Positions 24,617 to 38,525 of a stretch of DNA of 64,000 bases are shown piece after piece. The stretch spans positions 27,404,001 through 27,468,000 of the forward strand of contig NC_042999.1 of assembly GCF_006345805.1 (NCBI RefSeq), given 5' to 3'. Below the pieces are notes generated by a model. That model was not told where the DNA came from, made no database searches, and worked only from the letters and a program-made list of their open reading frames with translations. The DNA is from Octopus sinensis (lineage: Eukaryota). The translations under genes were made by a program, and so were the position numbers. How positions within the stretch are numbered: the first letter of the stretch is position 1; the number at the start of each line of letters is the position of its first letter.

Positions 24617-26860
24617 TCAGAAGCTTCAATACTGCACTTGAAACAATTCCACCTGACTCCATAGATTACAAGGTCAGACAAGACATCAGCTAGTCAACAT
24701 GGAAAGATGTTTAATGCACCAACAGAAAATAAAATAGCTGTGATTCTGGTTGGGCAAGAACATGACAAGTGTGACATTGTCCTCCACCTCAGAGACAGCA
24801 CACTGACAGACACAGTCCAACTACAAATGGAAGCTCACAAAAATACCACACTCACAGCATTCTTCAAGCTCTGTCAAGATGAGGAAATTGCTACAAGACT
24901 GCTATACAATGAAGTTCCACAATTCTGTACCTGTTACCAAAGCAAATGGAAAAGATGTGCACTTGGAACACACACACATCATCCGGGAATCAAGAAATCA
25001 GGCACACTTGGCAGAGTCTATGTCGTCTATCCCAACTACTCAGAGTGCTACTATCTAAGGCTTCTATTACACCATGTCAAGAGATCCACATCATTTACAG
25101 CATTACGTACGGTTGATAACACAGTATGTCAAACATATTGCAAGGATTGCCGCACACTGAGATGCCACTCTGATAGAGGCGCAAATGTGCAAATCTCCTA
25201 TGCAACTGAGAAATCTCTTCTCCATCAGGCTTGTGAACTGTGGATTGTCAAATCCAAATCAACTTTGGTACAAAACAAGGAAGGGCTTTCTGAAGACATT
25301 CTTCAAAGAACTCAATATCAGTGTGACGGTGATGTCACGTTCAATGATGACATCTTCAATGAGGCATTAAGATTAATAGACCACAATGTTCAATCACTGG
25401 GTGGAAACAAACTTGAAATATGTGGTCTTCCAGCTCTTTTCAGAGATGTTCAACTCAGATTAGCACAAGAGCTAATCAGGAAAACATCATACAACATTAA
25501 AATTTTGCAAGCAGTTGTCAATGAAAGGGAACCAATTCTGGTACAGGATCAAAAGGAGGTATACTGGCAAGTTCTTATATCTGTGGACAATAACACTGGT
25601 GGGGTCTTCCTCTTAGATGCTCCTGGAAGCACAGAAAGGCATCATTAATCAACCTGCTCCTTGCCAAGGTGAGACAGAAGAAGATTGCTCTGGTTGTTGC
25701 ATCCTCTGTAATTGCAGCCACACTCTCAAAAGGTGGGAGAACAGTGCTGCCACTGGACCTCATACAAAATGAATCTCCTTTATGAAACATATCCAAGAAT
25801 ATAGCGTTAGCAAAGCTCCTTACAGATATCAAACTCAATGTCTGGGATGATGCAACAATGTCCCATAAGACAGCCTTTGAAGCGCTTGATACAATGCTAC
25901 GAAACTTCAGAAACGATAAGAAGATCATGGGTGGTGTCACCCTCCTCAATACTAGTGACTTCAGGCAAACGCTGACTGTCATTCCCAGAGGAACAAGGTC
26001 AGATGAGCTGAGTGTTTGCATCAAGTCTTCATATATCTGCCACATGTGAAGCAGCTTACTCGTGTTCACATTCATTGTGACCCGTTAGTCGCACAGTTCT
26101 CCAACAAGTTACTTGACATTGGAAAAGGAAAACTTCCACAAGATCCAGAAGATAGTCTGCCCCCACCTCCCATATGGCAATATGACTGCCTCCCTTGAAG
26201 ACCTGAAGAGCAAGGTGTTTCCGAACATTGCCACAAACTATAAAAGTCACAAGTAGCTATATGAAAGAACAATTCTGGCACCAAGGAATGATGCTTTAGA
26301 TTAGCTGAATCTAAATTTGTTGTCTCAGCTTCTAGGACCCGAATGTTCATACAGATCTATTGACTGTGTCCCTGGTCAAGAACAAGCAACGCATTACTCA
26401 GTGGAATTCCTCAATTTACTTCAGCCACCAGGATTTTCACCACAAATTCTGATCATGAAAACAGGTGCTCCCATAATGCCATTAAGAAAACCTTGATTCA
26501 CCCAGACTCTGCAATGGAACAAAGTTCGTTGTTAAATCAGCTATGCTCCATGTGTTGGAAGCAACAATAATTACGGGCAACACGAGAATGTAATCATTCC
26601 CAGGGTACTTCTCATCTCAAATGATCTCCCATTTCAGTTCAAGTAACTGCAGTTTCCTATCAAACTTAGCTTTGTAATTTCAATCAACAAAGCACAAGGT
26701 CAATCTCCAAATGTGGTGGGACTTAACCTCCTTCAACCTTACTTCTCACACTGTCAGATGTATGCTGGATGTTCTAGAGTTGGAAATGAAAAGAACCTCT
26801 ACATCATTCTCAGTGATAAACATGGCAAGACAAAACACAGTATATGAAGAAGCACATACA
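24617..26860 (+). pseudogene. Helitron RepHel relic: N-terminal stub fused to the post-Rep region and Pif1-like helicase; Rep nuclease core deleted
   Basis: FNAPTENKIAVILVG, TTLTAFFKLCQ, LGRVYVV..ECYYLRLLLHHV, FLLDAPG (Walker A degenerate), VWDDATMSHK, SDFRQTL, LCNGT, QFPIKLSFVISINKAQGQS, QMYAGCSRV; several frameshifts and stops. Confidence 0.92.
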
Positions 26861-27366
26861 TGAATAGTAGGTCCATATCATGTACAGAAGTGTAAAACCA
26901 TTTCACTTTTCGACAGACACGCGTGAATGTATATCTGTGTGTATAAAGTCAGACAATAACAGAATATATTCCCTGCCTGTGTGTGTGTGTGTGTGTACTC
27001 TACGCACGGCCTTTCATTGTTTATAATCTGTACTTGTTTGTTGGTTACGAAATAAGTTAGACAAACATGTATTTACTTTATATACAGATATGAGTTGAAA
27101 ACTTTCTTTTCACATTTCATTTAATGTCTATGTTCCAGGCTGACATGGGTTGCAGAGTTACGTAGAAAGTTTGTATCTCAACTACTACCAGTTGTGGCCG
27201 TAGTTTATAGGCGATCAGAAGATGGAAGGAAGACAATAAATAGAAGTGTATCTTTGGTGCTAAAATTCCATTATTCAATTAGTTGAGCAATAATAGCTTT
27301 ACTCTTCTATTTCTTCTTTTTCCTCCATTTTCTGATCGTCTCTTTCTCTCTCTCTCTCTCTCTTTC

Positions 27367-27440
<74 letters not shown>

Positions 27441-27463
27441 CTCTCTCACTCTCAAGATATATA

Positions 27464-27494
<31 letters not shown>

Positions 27495-29129
27495 AATATA
27501 TATATATAAGCATATATAGTCCCTGGTACACCGTTTACATTGTATAATAATAATATTATGTAATCTATCATGTAATCTTTTACTGCAGCATTAAATAAAG
27601 TTCTACCGAAGCAACTATCGCTAATTTAATCCCCAACTCTGTTTAATTTTCTTATACTTACACCGCACCAAAGATGCACCGGTGAGTCGGAACGTCGGTT
27701 ATTAACTGGATTTGATATTTACGTAATTATGATATCGTATCAGCACCTGATATCTACATCGTGTGTGTGTGTGTGTGTGTTTGCATGCGTGCGTTTGTGT
27801 GTGTGTGAGCCCGCGCGCCTGTGTGTATTGAAAATAAAGAGAAAATGCACTGCAATCTTCCTGATATATATTTTCGAAGAATGACTCCAAGAACATATAC
27901 AATTATAGTGAACGACAGATATTATCCACTATTCCCAGTAGAGGATGGAGAACACAAAACAGACAAGTAAAACAACACAGCACACGGGAAGAAAAAGTGT
28001 TGCCATATGTCTCAGCTCAAAATCCTAGAAATAACGATGTCTATTACATTATTTTAAAGTTTTAACGGTTGTGAAAATGGATGCCAAGCTGTATCGGATT
28101 CTATATCTACACAATTACAAAAAGTGACAAACAACTACAAACATTAAACAGAACAATAAGAGATGATCAATTACATTCAACAACAAAAGTACCATAAGTC
28201 AAGAAATGGGGATGTCGTAACTCTATAAATTATCTGAAATCATCCGGATTGTGAGATTTCCATTTTAAACACGAGCAAAATTTCGAAATATAGACTGGTT
28301 TTACCTGCGTCATCGGACTCCTAATACCTGTTTGTCCTATATATTTTTTTCCATCCTGGATGGAAAAAATATATTGGACAAACAAGTATTATGAAAACGC
28401 ATGACATTACATAAAGAGCCAATGTTATTTTGCATCCACAGCAGAACTCCCATTGAACATATTCGTACATGTGTTTGGAATCACCAGCAGTATAATTATT
28501 ACTGTGTATCAATTTCCTGACAGAATATCTGAACAACCGAAGATAGAAATGAAAACTGAATTTATTGAAAAATATCGACTGCGCTTAAATATGAAAACGA
28601 ATTTATTTTCATTGTATTTGTATTCATTAACTTTTAATTAATTTCAATTGCATTAATGATTTATGACCACCTTTATACTTATTTATATTATTTATAGAAG
28701 GAAGTTAATATCCATTAATTACCTCCCGGATGACTATCGATAACGATCGCATCACCTACAACAGCTACTCATGAAATCAAAAAATTATAACAGATGTGAT
28801 AAATTCATGGAGATCTTTAGAAAAAGTGAAGTTACTTGGTTACATAAAGATTACACTTAATATAGAATATTTACCACCTCGAGAATTTCTGGATTTTTCA
28901 GTACACACTCACACACGCACGCACACATTTACATACACACACTCATATACACATACACACACACACAAACACACACACACATACACACACACAAATGCAC
29001 ACACATACACACAGACAAACACACAGGCACACATATACACACACATACACACACACACACTCAAATACACATATTGCATATATAAAAGTTAATGTATGCT
29101 TCACTTTGTAAGGTACAATTTTATATCTT

Positions 29130-29495
29130 GGAAGCAGTATAAAATGAACCCACATGGATCCGAGTTCAGTCCCACTGCTTGGCACTTTTATAGCCTCGGG
29201 CCAACCAAAGCCTTGTGAGTGGAATTGGTAGACAGAAACTGCACGCGTGTGTGTACTTGTGTGTGTGCGTGTATGTGTATGTTTGTGTGCCTGTGTTTAT
29301 TCCTCCAACATCGCTTGACAACCGATGTTGGAGTGTTTACGTCCTCGTACCTTAGCAGTTCGGCAAGAGAGACTGAAAGGAATAAGTATTGGGCTTACAA
29401 AGAATAAGTCCTGAGGTCGATTGGTCGTCTAAAGGTGATGCTCCAGCATGGCCGCAGTCAAATGACTGAAACAAGTAAAAGAATAAAAGAAAAGA
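29130..29495 (+). mobile_element. CORE-like tRNA SINE, 5'-degenerate
   Basis: Homology to 29693-30110. Confidence 0.8.
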
Positions 29496-29692
29496 ACAAT
29501 AGTGCATTTTTCATATAGAAAGTCACACGCAATTTTCATGCTTCCTATTTTCTTAGACAAAACAAGCATTATTGTGTGCATGCAAGCGTGCAATTAATAT
29601 TGAGAACTGTTACTAATTAGAAAACTAAGCAGTTCCAAAAATTATGTAAATCATAACAGTATTTTTTAGAAAATGTATATAAAAAATGTATA

Positions 29693-30110
29693 GGCGCAGG
29701 AGTGGCTCTGTGGTAAGTAGCTTGTTTACCAACCACATGGTTCCGGGTTCAGTCCCACTGCATGGCACCTTGGGCAAGTGTCTTCTACTATAGCCTCGGG
29801 TCGACCAAAGCCTTGTGAGTGGATTTGGTAGACGGAAACTGAAAGAAGCCCGTCGTATATATGTATATATATATATATGTGTGTGTATATGTTAGTATGT
29901 CCGTGTTTGTCCCTCTTAGCATTGCTTGACAACCGATGCTGGTGTGTTTATGCCACCGTTACTTAGCGGTTCGGCAAAAGAGACCGATAGAATAAGTACT
30001 GGGCTTACAAAAGAATAAGTCCCGGGGTCGAGTTGCTCGATTAAAGGCGGTGCTCCAGCATGGTCGCAGTCAAATGACCGAAACAAGTAAAAGAGTAAAG
30101 AGTAAAAGAG
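29693..30110 (+). mobile_element. CORE-like tRNA SINE, full length
   Basis: ggcgcaggagtggc..tggtaag head, GGTTCAGTCCC B-box, ccttgggcaagtgtcttc core, internal (TA)/(TG), tail (aagagt)n. Confidence 0.9.
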
Positions 30111-30460
30111 TATACTCCTGAAAAATAAAAGACATGCAGAATAAAATTATGATTTATTTTCTTGATAATTTGGGGCGTTCACATTTTATTTATGAAAATC
30201 AAATTAAACTAGATGGTCATTACGTGGTTACAATTTTGGGAGAGTCAATTGTCTAGGCTACCTGGAATTTTGGGTATCTTATTAAAGCCTTCTCCCATTA
30301 CAGTCATTCTGGTTTCGGGATTTCTCTATCCAGCGTAGAAGCACCTGTAAAGGATCATGGACACTGCCTTATCTTCTGGCCAAAAGATAAAATAAACCGA
30401 AGCCTTCCAAATTTATTTATCGCATACCTCGTTAATTCATGGGATTGTTTATATGTTAGA

Positions 30461-30856
30461 CTAGCAGTATCGCCCGGCGTTGCTCGGGTTTGTAAGGGAA
30501 ATAACTATATAAGCATTTTTAGAGATGTAAAGTATAATAGCCATCTCAATATGGCTAACCACAAAGGGAGGGGTGTTACTGTAACTTTTTACGTTCTGAG
30601 ATTTAATAATAAATTTTTAGAGAGTTACTTCCCTTATATATGCCAAAAATGCATTAAAAATGGGAAAAATTGATGGTAATTTTTTTTTAAATCGTAGACT
30701 CATTGTAGAATCGCGCTAATACCCAGAAGGGCTCGATATGAATCACGACTATAAGATATCCGGTTTTGGTTAAACTGCACCGCAAAATGTCGGAGTAGTT
30801 AGGAATCTAAATCGTAGGAGACAGACAGCACACAACCTCACTTTTATATATAAAGA
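30461..30856 (-). mobile_element. Non-autonomous Helitron (copy 2)
   Basis: Same TC...hairpin-CTAG termini and A|T target as 5590-5983; scattered substitutions between the copies. Confidence 0.85.
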
Positions 30857-31109
30857 TATCGTCACAACAGGGTAACTTCGTGTACTACTGCTGAGAATGT
30901 GTGTATGTGTAAACAGATGCGCACACATGCATACATGCATACATACATTACATATGTGTGTGTGAGTTTGTGTGTATATGCGTGAGTTATGTGTGTGTTT
31001 TCTTAGCTATCAAGACTTAAAGTAGCCTTTCTTCTTATAACTGTTCAATAACATTGAATATAATGAATGATTTCACAGCTATTGCCATCTGAAGCTGATA
31101 TGAAAACGA

Positions 31110-31572
<463 letters not shown>

Positions 31573-31939
31573 CCGGCTTCCGATGGCAATGACTGCAAAA
31601 TCTCTCATTATATTCAACACCATCGGATATTTAAAAGAAGAAACAGACTCCGCTATTTTAAGCTACCTTGGTGTCGAAGATCATTATATCGAAATTTGTC
31701 AATGCTTAATTACATGCTTATTTCGTTCGACCTAATGAACTATACCATTAAGATCCGAATGCCGCTTGCTGATGTGTGCCCGTGTTCATTGAAATTATTA
31801 GGCGGCTAAAAATCAATGTAAAATTTTCTGATCTTGCGCTATGATAATATACGCGAAGTTCCGGATTGGGATGCTATAGCACCCCAATCGTTTTAGACCA
31901 CAACCTTAGCAATCAAATGATATTTTAACATTTCTTAAA

Positions 31940-33505
31940 GCGACGAACTGGCAGAATCATTAGTACTCTAGACAAAATGTTTAGCGGCATCTTGTCCGTC
32001 TTTTTATTCTGAGTTCAAATTCTGCCGAGGTCGACTTTACCTTTCATAAAATAAGTACTAGATGATCACTTGGGTTGTGTATTCGATTTAATCTCTCATC
32101 CGAAAATGCTGGTCTTGTGCCAAGATTTTAAACCGATGTTCTAACATTTCTTACTTTGCGAAAACAGCAAGAGAAATTCTACCTAGTTGCTGAACTAGCA
32201 AGAGATAGCAGCCAAGTCTTCTTAATATCACTCTCCGTTGCCTTTGGTAAGGACATGCCGCGTCAGATACTTTAATTCTAGATTGCGTACGCTTATTTCT
32301 TCCTCTTCTATACACCAACGTGTGCACATCCTTCTCTATCTCTAAGTGTAAATAAATGCCCTAAATTGATTACATGCTTTTCATATGCCGGTTCATCAAG
32401 ATTTATATATGTCTAAACATTTGAAGCAGTAATGCCAACAGCAGCAACACAACAAAAAACAACTGCGACAGTAATAAACTTTTCTATTTTTGGCACAAGA
32501 TTTAAAACTTTGGGGAGAGGCGTTAAGTCAATTACATCGAAACCAGTGACCAGTGCTAATTATTTCATCGACTCCGAAAGGATAAAAGACACAGTCGAAC
32601 TCAGACGCACTGACGGACGAAACGTCACGAAGCATATTGCCTCGTGGGCTATCGATTCTGCCAGCTTGCCACCTTAACTACTACACTTATAATGGTTCTA
32701 TTGTTAGTAAAAGCGGCGAGCTGGTAGAAACATTAGCACGCCGGGCGAAATGCGTAGCCGTATTTCGTCTGCGTTACGTTCTGAGTTCAAATTCCGCCGA
32801 GGTCAACTTTGCCTTTCATCATTTCGGGGTCGATAAATTAAGTACCAGTTATGCATTGGGGTCGGTATAATCGATTTAATCCGTGTGTCTGTCCTTGTTT
32901 GTCCCCACTGTGTTTATCCCCTTGTGGTTAGTAAAGAAATAGGTATTTCGTCTGCCGCTACATTCTGAGTTCAAATTCCGCCGAGGTCGACTTTGTCTTT
33001 CATCCTTTCGGGGTCGATTAAATAAGTACTAGTTACGCACTGGGGTCAATATAATCGACGTAATCCGTTTGTCTGTCCTTGTTTGTCCTCCCTGTGTTTA
33101 GCCCCTTGTGGGTAATAAAGAAATAGGTATTTCGTCTGTCTTTACGTTCTTAGTTCAAATTCCACCGAGGTCGACTTTGCCTTTCATCCTTTCGGGGTCG
33201 ATAAATTAAGAACCAGTTACTCACTGGGGTCGATGTAATCGACTTAATCCCTTTGTCAGTCCTTGTTTGTCCCCTCTATGTTGAGCCTCTTGTGGGCAAT
33301 AAAGAAATAAGTAATAATTGTTCTATGTTTTAGCTCTAGGCCAGTAATTTTGGTGGAGGGTATGCGTCGATTACATCGACCCCAATTTTCAACTGGTACT
33401 TATTTTTTCGACCTTGAAAGGATGAAAAGTAAAGTTGACCTCGGAGGAATTTGTACTCAGATCGTAAAGACGAACGAAAACGCTGCTAAGCATTTTTTCC
33501 CAGCA
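31940..33505. mobile_element. Cluster of ~6 tRNA-SINE copies (same family as 8533-8764), including a head-to-tail trimer at 32713-33310
   Basis: Repeated gagttcaaattccgccgaggtcgactttgcctttcatcctttcggggtcg blocks on both strands. Confidence 0.9.
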
Positions 33506-34841
33506 TGCTTACTAAAACACCAATAATGAAGACAACATTTTTGCAGTGATATTTATATCAATAAAATGACTGATGAATTTTAATCAATTTACAAATATGG
33601 TAGCTTTTGTTCGTTTCGTTCAACGTCTTTTCAGCCCTTGTCAAACATACTTGTGACAAAATCCGTTCCGGTCGTGACCATATATGTTTTATATATATGT
33701 ATTGTATACGACGAACCATATTTCCAATCTGCCTTACTTTAACACAATAAATAATAGTATTGACCACATTTATTTGTTATTGCTAGTCCGTTCAGCAATT
33801 TCTGTATATTACAGGTGAAACACTGCCCCTTACAGAACACATATTCATGCCGGCAAAGTCTTTAAAAGTCAGTTTTGAAGAACAGTTTAATCCTGAATAC
33901 CACCAGTAACACACCTATGAATATATATAAAATTAAGACAAAGAAATGTATCTTACTTTTACTCAATGCATATACTACCGTTTAGGTTCTTATGAACTTG
34001 AATTGTTTTGCTTTCCACCACTTGCAGTAGAGGCTATTTGTATGGTTGGTGGTTTGTGTGTAGTGGTAACCTCAAGTTTTGCAAGCGAATTTTGCAAATT
34101 GAGTTCAGAATGTTTTTTTACTATAAGAGAGTAAAGAATATTAAGTAGAAGAAAGAGAGATAGTAATTAGCGACAGACTGGACAAATGTTAATTTTTTCT
34201 TTCCTTTTATTATTATTTTTTTTTTTTGAAAGTCAAGAATTTTCAAGAATATTTGAAGAGTTACCGTAAAATAATCATTTAAATATGAGCATCTATGTGA
34301 ATTAAATCTAAATACAGAAACTATTACGAAAAAGATTATTCTTAAGAGGGACTACATGGACAATCGATCTACTAGAAACAGCAGTCACCTATCCTCATTT
34401 CATATCACACTGTTTTAAAATGCAAAATCCGTGAGGAATAGTAATCTGAACGTTGCTTTCCCTTCAGCAGTGTAATTTTTAACACAAAAAAAAGGAAAAC
34501 GCTGTTTTCCCCAATTATCTCTTTATCAATAGCCGAAAATTCAACTTTACTTGTTTACAGAATCAAGTCATAACTAAATTACAAAGAAAATTCTAAATTT
34601 GTTGGAACATTGAAACTTTGCTAAATGTCAAAAGGCCTCATATAATTAGATGTTAAGATAATTTTTCTGACTTTTATCATTGTGTTTACATTGAAACCTT
34701 TCGAATATTTTGCATCTTTCAATTGATTTGATATTCAATCATTAGATGTCTTTTTCATGGTACTAGACTGGATTCCAAGTAGATTCTTGTTTTCAGATGT
34801 ATACATAGTACTGCATTGGATTCCAACTACAGTCTTATACC

Positions 34842-34844
<3 letters not shown>

Positions 34845-34884
<40 letters not shown>

Positions 34885-34899
34885 TATATATTATATATA

Positions 34900-34932
<33 letters not shown>

Positions 34933-34994
34933 GATATATATATATAGATAGATATATATATATATATAATATATATATATAGATATATATATAT

Positions 34995-35052
<58 letters not shown>

Positions 35053-35079
35053 TATAGATAGATATATATATATATATAT

Positions 35080-35160
<81 letters not shown>
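34845..35160. repeat. (TA)n/(TAGA)/(GA)n microsatellite
   Basis: Direct reading. Confidence 0.95.
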
Positions 35161-35163
<3 letters not shown>

Positions 35164-35708
35164 AATAGTAAAAAGTGAAAAACTACAGAAGGCTTGTTTT
35201 AAAAGGTTAAAAAATATATATTTGTGTCATTATATCAGAAGAATGTTATAAATTTTTTTCATACAATGACATAATTTTTGAAGAAATGACCGGTTTCGCG
35301 TTCAGCTTTTCAAATTTCTTACATCATTATGTTTTCGTTGAAACCTTTTGAATATTTTGCATCTTTCAATTGATTTGATATTCAATCATCAGATGTCTTT
35401 TTCATGGTACTAGACTAGATTCCAGGTAGATTCTTCTTTTCAGATGTATACATAGTACTGCATTGGATTCCAACTACAGTCTTATAACATATTATATATA
35501 TATATTGTATACCACTCTGGGTCCGAACTAGATATTTATTTTGGGATATGCACATAGTACCAGACTACATTTTATCTAAAATTTTACTTAATAGAACGAT
35601 TTCAACTAGAGCAGTATACAGTACCGGACTTAGTGCAGTGTGTGTTTATATGAGCATCCAGAAATAAGTCACCTGATGATGTTCAGGTGTAAATATTGTA
35701 AATATTTC

Positions 35709-36128
35709 GGATCATTTCGGTTTGAACGACAGTTTTTTCTAGCGGTGTCATATGAAATTGTCACCCATAATTATGACCCTAGTATCGATCTATTGCATTT
35801 CAATCTGTGTTAGGTTAGGGTTAGGATTAGGGGTGGGGGGAAGGGTTTCTTTTTTTCTTCACAAATGTAAATAAACCCAATCTGTTTCTTAAACGAGGGA
35901 CATATTCATACAGCACAGAATGTTTTTTACCTCAACAGACGTCAGTGATTGGTTGAAATTGAAGAAATTGAAGAAAAAAACAACAAATATCTTACAAACT
36001 ATAGATTTTCTCAATAAAGCCAAGAGAAAAAGATGTTTTATAAACACATTCTACCAGTATATGAAGTTTAACATCTTTTAGTTGCCTAGAAATTATGTCA
36101 AAAACTGCCGTTCAAACCGAAAAGATCC
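35709..36128. mobile_element. MITE with GGATC termini and internal TTAGGG-like repeats (copy 1)
   Basis: TIRs ggatcatttcggtttgaacgacagtttt / aaaactgccgttcaaaccgaaaagatcc; 8-bp TSD aatatttc (35701-35708, 36129-36136). Confidence 0.9.
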
Positions 36129-36737
36129 AATATTTCACCTCTATAGAGGTCTCAGTATATAAAGATAACAATCTTTAAATTTATTATTTTTCAGAGTTAA
36201 TCATATCTACCATGTCTGGATTCAAACATCTCAAAATTTGGAAAGTGAAGTGGTGGCCATTTAATTTCATTTAATATGTCATGAATTTTCCTTAAGCAAT
36301 AGAGTCATACGAGGGAAGCCAATTTTGGTTGCTGTGTTTAAATTACAACTTAACATAACACTACCTCCTGCACTTTGCTGTCTTTCAGTTAGTTTCCATC
36401 TATTGGACACAATCACTTCAGGCTCTCGGTTTAACACTACACTTGCCTCAGCTATATTAGATAAGATATCAATGTTACATGTATTCCTACAATTAAATGA
36501 TATAATCAAAAATTAAATTACATTCCTTCAGCTACGAATTGAAAGAGCGTCGTTATGTAGATGAGCTAGTAATTTGCAATTTAATGTAGTGTGATCTGGC
36601 CTAGATTTATCGGTGTTTTATAAACTTTCTATATAGTAAGTCAGTTACTGCAGTATCAGGAAAGAATAGCAAAGGTTATACTTTAGCTGATAAAGACTAA
36701 TAATGAAACCAAACCTCAAATTTGACTAGTTTACTTA

Positions 36738-37174
36738 GGATCTTTTCGGTTTCAACGGCAGTTTTTCTTGCGGTGTCATATGAAATTGGCACCCATAATT
36801 ATGACCCTAGAATCGATCTATTGCATTTCAATCTGTTTCAGGGTTAGGGTTAGTTGGCGTTAGGGTTAGGGTTAGGGGTGGGGAGAAGGGTATATTTTTT
36901 TTCTTAACAAATGTAAATAAACCCAATCTGTTTCTTAAACGAGCGACATATTCATACGGCACAGAATTTTTTTTACCTCAATGGACGTCAGTGATTGGTT
37001 GAAATTGCAGAAATTGAAGAAAAAACAACAAATATCTTACAAACTATAGAATGTTCTCAATAAAACCAAGAATAAAAGATGTTTTATAAACACATTCTAC
37101 CAGTATACGAAGTTTTAAATTTTTTAGTTACCTAGAAATTATGTTAAAAACTGCCGTTCAAACCGAAAAGATCC
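36738..37174. mobile_element. Same MITE (copy 2)
   Basis: Same TIRs and interior; flanked by gacta(g/t)tttactta, 14 bp with 1 mismatch. Confidence 0.9.
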
Positions 37175-37493
37175 GACTATTTTACTTACTCAATTAAAAG
37201 TTATTGTCACATGGCTATACTTCTTGATATTGTGTATCATAGTGTAGGTTTATTAACAATGTATTTCCCGAGGTAATATTTCTTTCGCATGAAGACATTA
37301 ACTATGCTGAATTCCAGTTCATTTACACGAAGCACTTGTTAGTTATGTGGAATTCCTAATTATATTATAAACTACTTACAAATAGTACTTACTTCTATTT
37401 AGGTATACTGAGTTTTGATGTAGCGTTAAGACACCTAAGTATTTACGAGACAAATTGTAGACATTTTAATAAGGAATTTTTTGCAACTTTCAA

Positions 37494-37894
37494 TGGATGG
37501 ATGGAAGCACTCCGTCGGTTACGACGACGAGGGTTCCGGTTGATCCGAATCAACGGAACAGCCTGCTCGTGAAATTAACGTGTAAGTGGCTGAGCACTCC
37601 ACAGACACGTGTACCCTTAACGTAGTTCTCGGGGATATTCAGCGTGACACAGGAGTGACAAGGCCGCCCTTTGAAATACAGGTACACAGAAACAGGAAGT
37701 AAGAATGAAGAAAGTTGTGGTGAAAGAGTACAGCAGGGATCACCACCATCCCCTGCCGGAGCCTCGTGGAGCTTTAGGTGTTTTCGCTCAATAAACACTC
37801 ACAACGCCCGGTCGGGGAAGCAACGCGTCTTCACGCGCGCACACACTCACACACACACACACACATATATACATACATACATATATATATATAT

Positions 37895-37949
<55 letters not shown>

Positions 37950-37950
37950 C

Positions 37951-37989
<39 letters not shown>

Positions 37990-37998
37990 CAGATAGAC

Positions 37999-38084
<86 letters not shown>

Positions 38085-38132
38085 TTTTTCTAGCGGAGTC
38101 CGCTGCCCTAACCACTGGGCCATTGCGCCTCC
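37494..38132 (-). mobile_element. tRNA-head SINE (ggaggcgcaatggcccagtggttaggg family) interrupted by a CA/TA/GATA cassette
   Basis: Head at 38097-38132, body 37494-37818; matches 41138-41432 and 56808-56970. Confidence 0.88.
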
Positions 38133-38444
38133 ACGCAACTTTCAATACACTATCGTTGGTGTGTTACTGTGGTCTTTTCTGTAGACTTTTCTTCCCACGG
38201 ATAAACCTTATCTGCTTCCCCCTTTACACTTTACACCATGACACTGTGATACATGATCCCTATTGATCGTTTTTCCCCCTTTTTCCCTTCTCCCTTTTTT
38301 TTCTCTTTCCCTTTTACGATCCCTTTTGTTCGAAAACCTAACCCACCTCTCTTTGGTTTTTCTTCTTCTTCTCTTCCCCAAAAAGAAAAGTTCTACTTTG
38401 TAATCTGTCCCGTCTGTGTGCAGCCCTGTGTGGCTAATCAAAAA

Positions 38445-38525
38445 ACATATATTTGGTCACATCTTCGAGTGATCGGATCAACCGGAACCCTCGTCGTCGT
38501 AACCGACGGAGTGCTTCCATCCATT
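38445..38525 (+). mobile_element. 3' fragment of the same SINE family
   Basis: ggatcaaccggaaccctcgtcgtcgtaaccgacggagtgcttccatcca is the reverse complement of 37494-37545. Confidence 0.85.

Noticed and set aside
28321-28536. ORF with VQWEFCCG resembling a tetraspanin CCG motif
   Set aside because: Spacing and downstream residues do not fit; no supporting exons nearby.
33815-33908. Possible terminal exon after ttacag (ETLPLTEHIFMPAKSLKVSFEEQFNPEYHQ*)
   Set aside because: Plausible acceptor, but no recognisable homology and no other exons; needs RNA-seq.
36365-36486. Possible 122-bp internal exon on - (AG..GT flanked, one open frame)
   Set aside because: No recognisable protein similarity; such frames arise by chance in AT-rich DNA.
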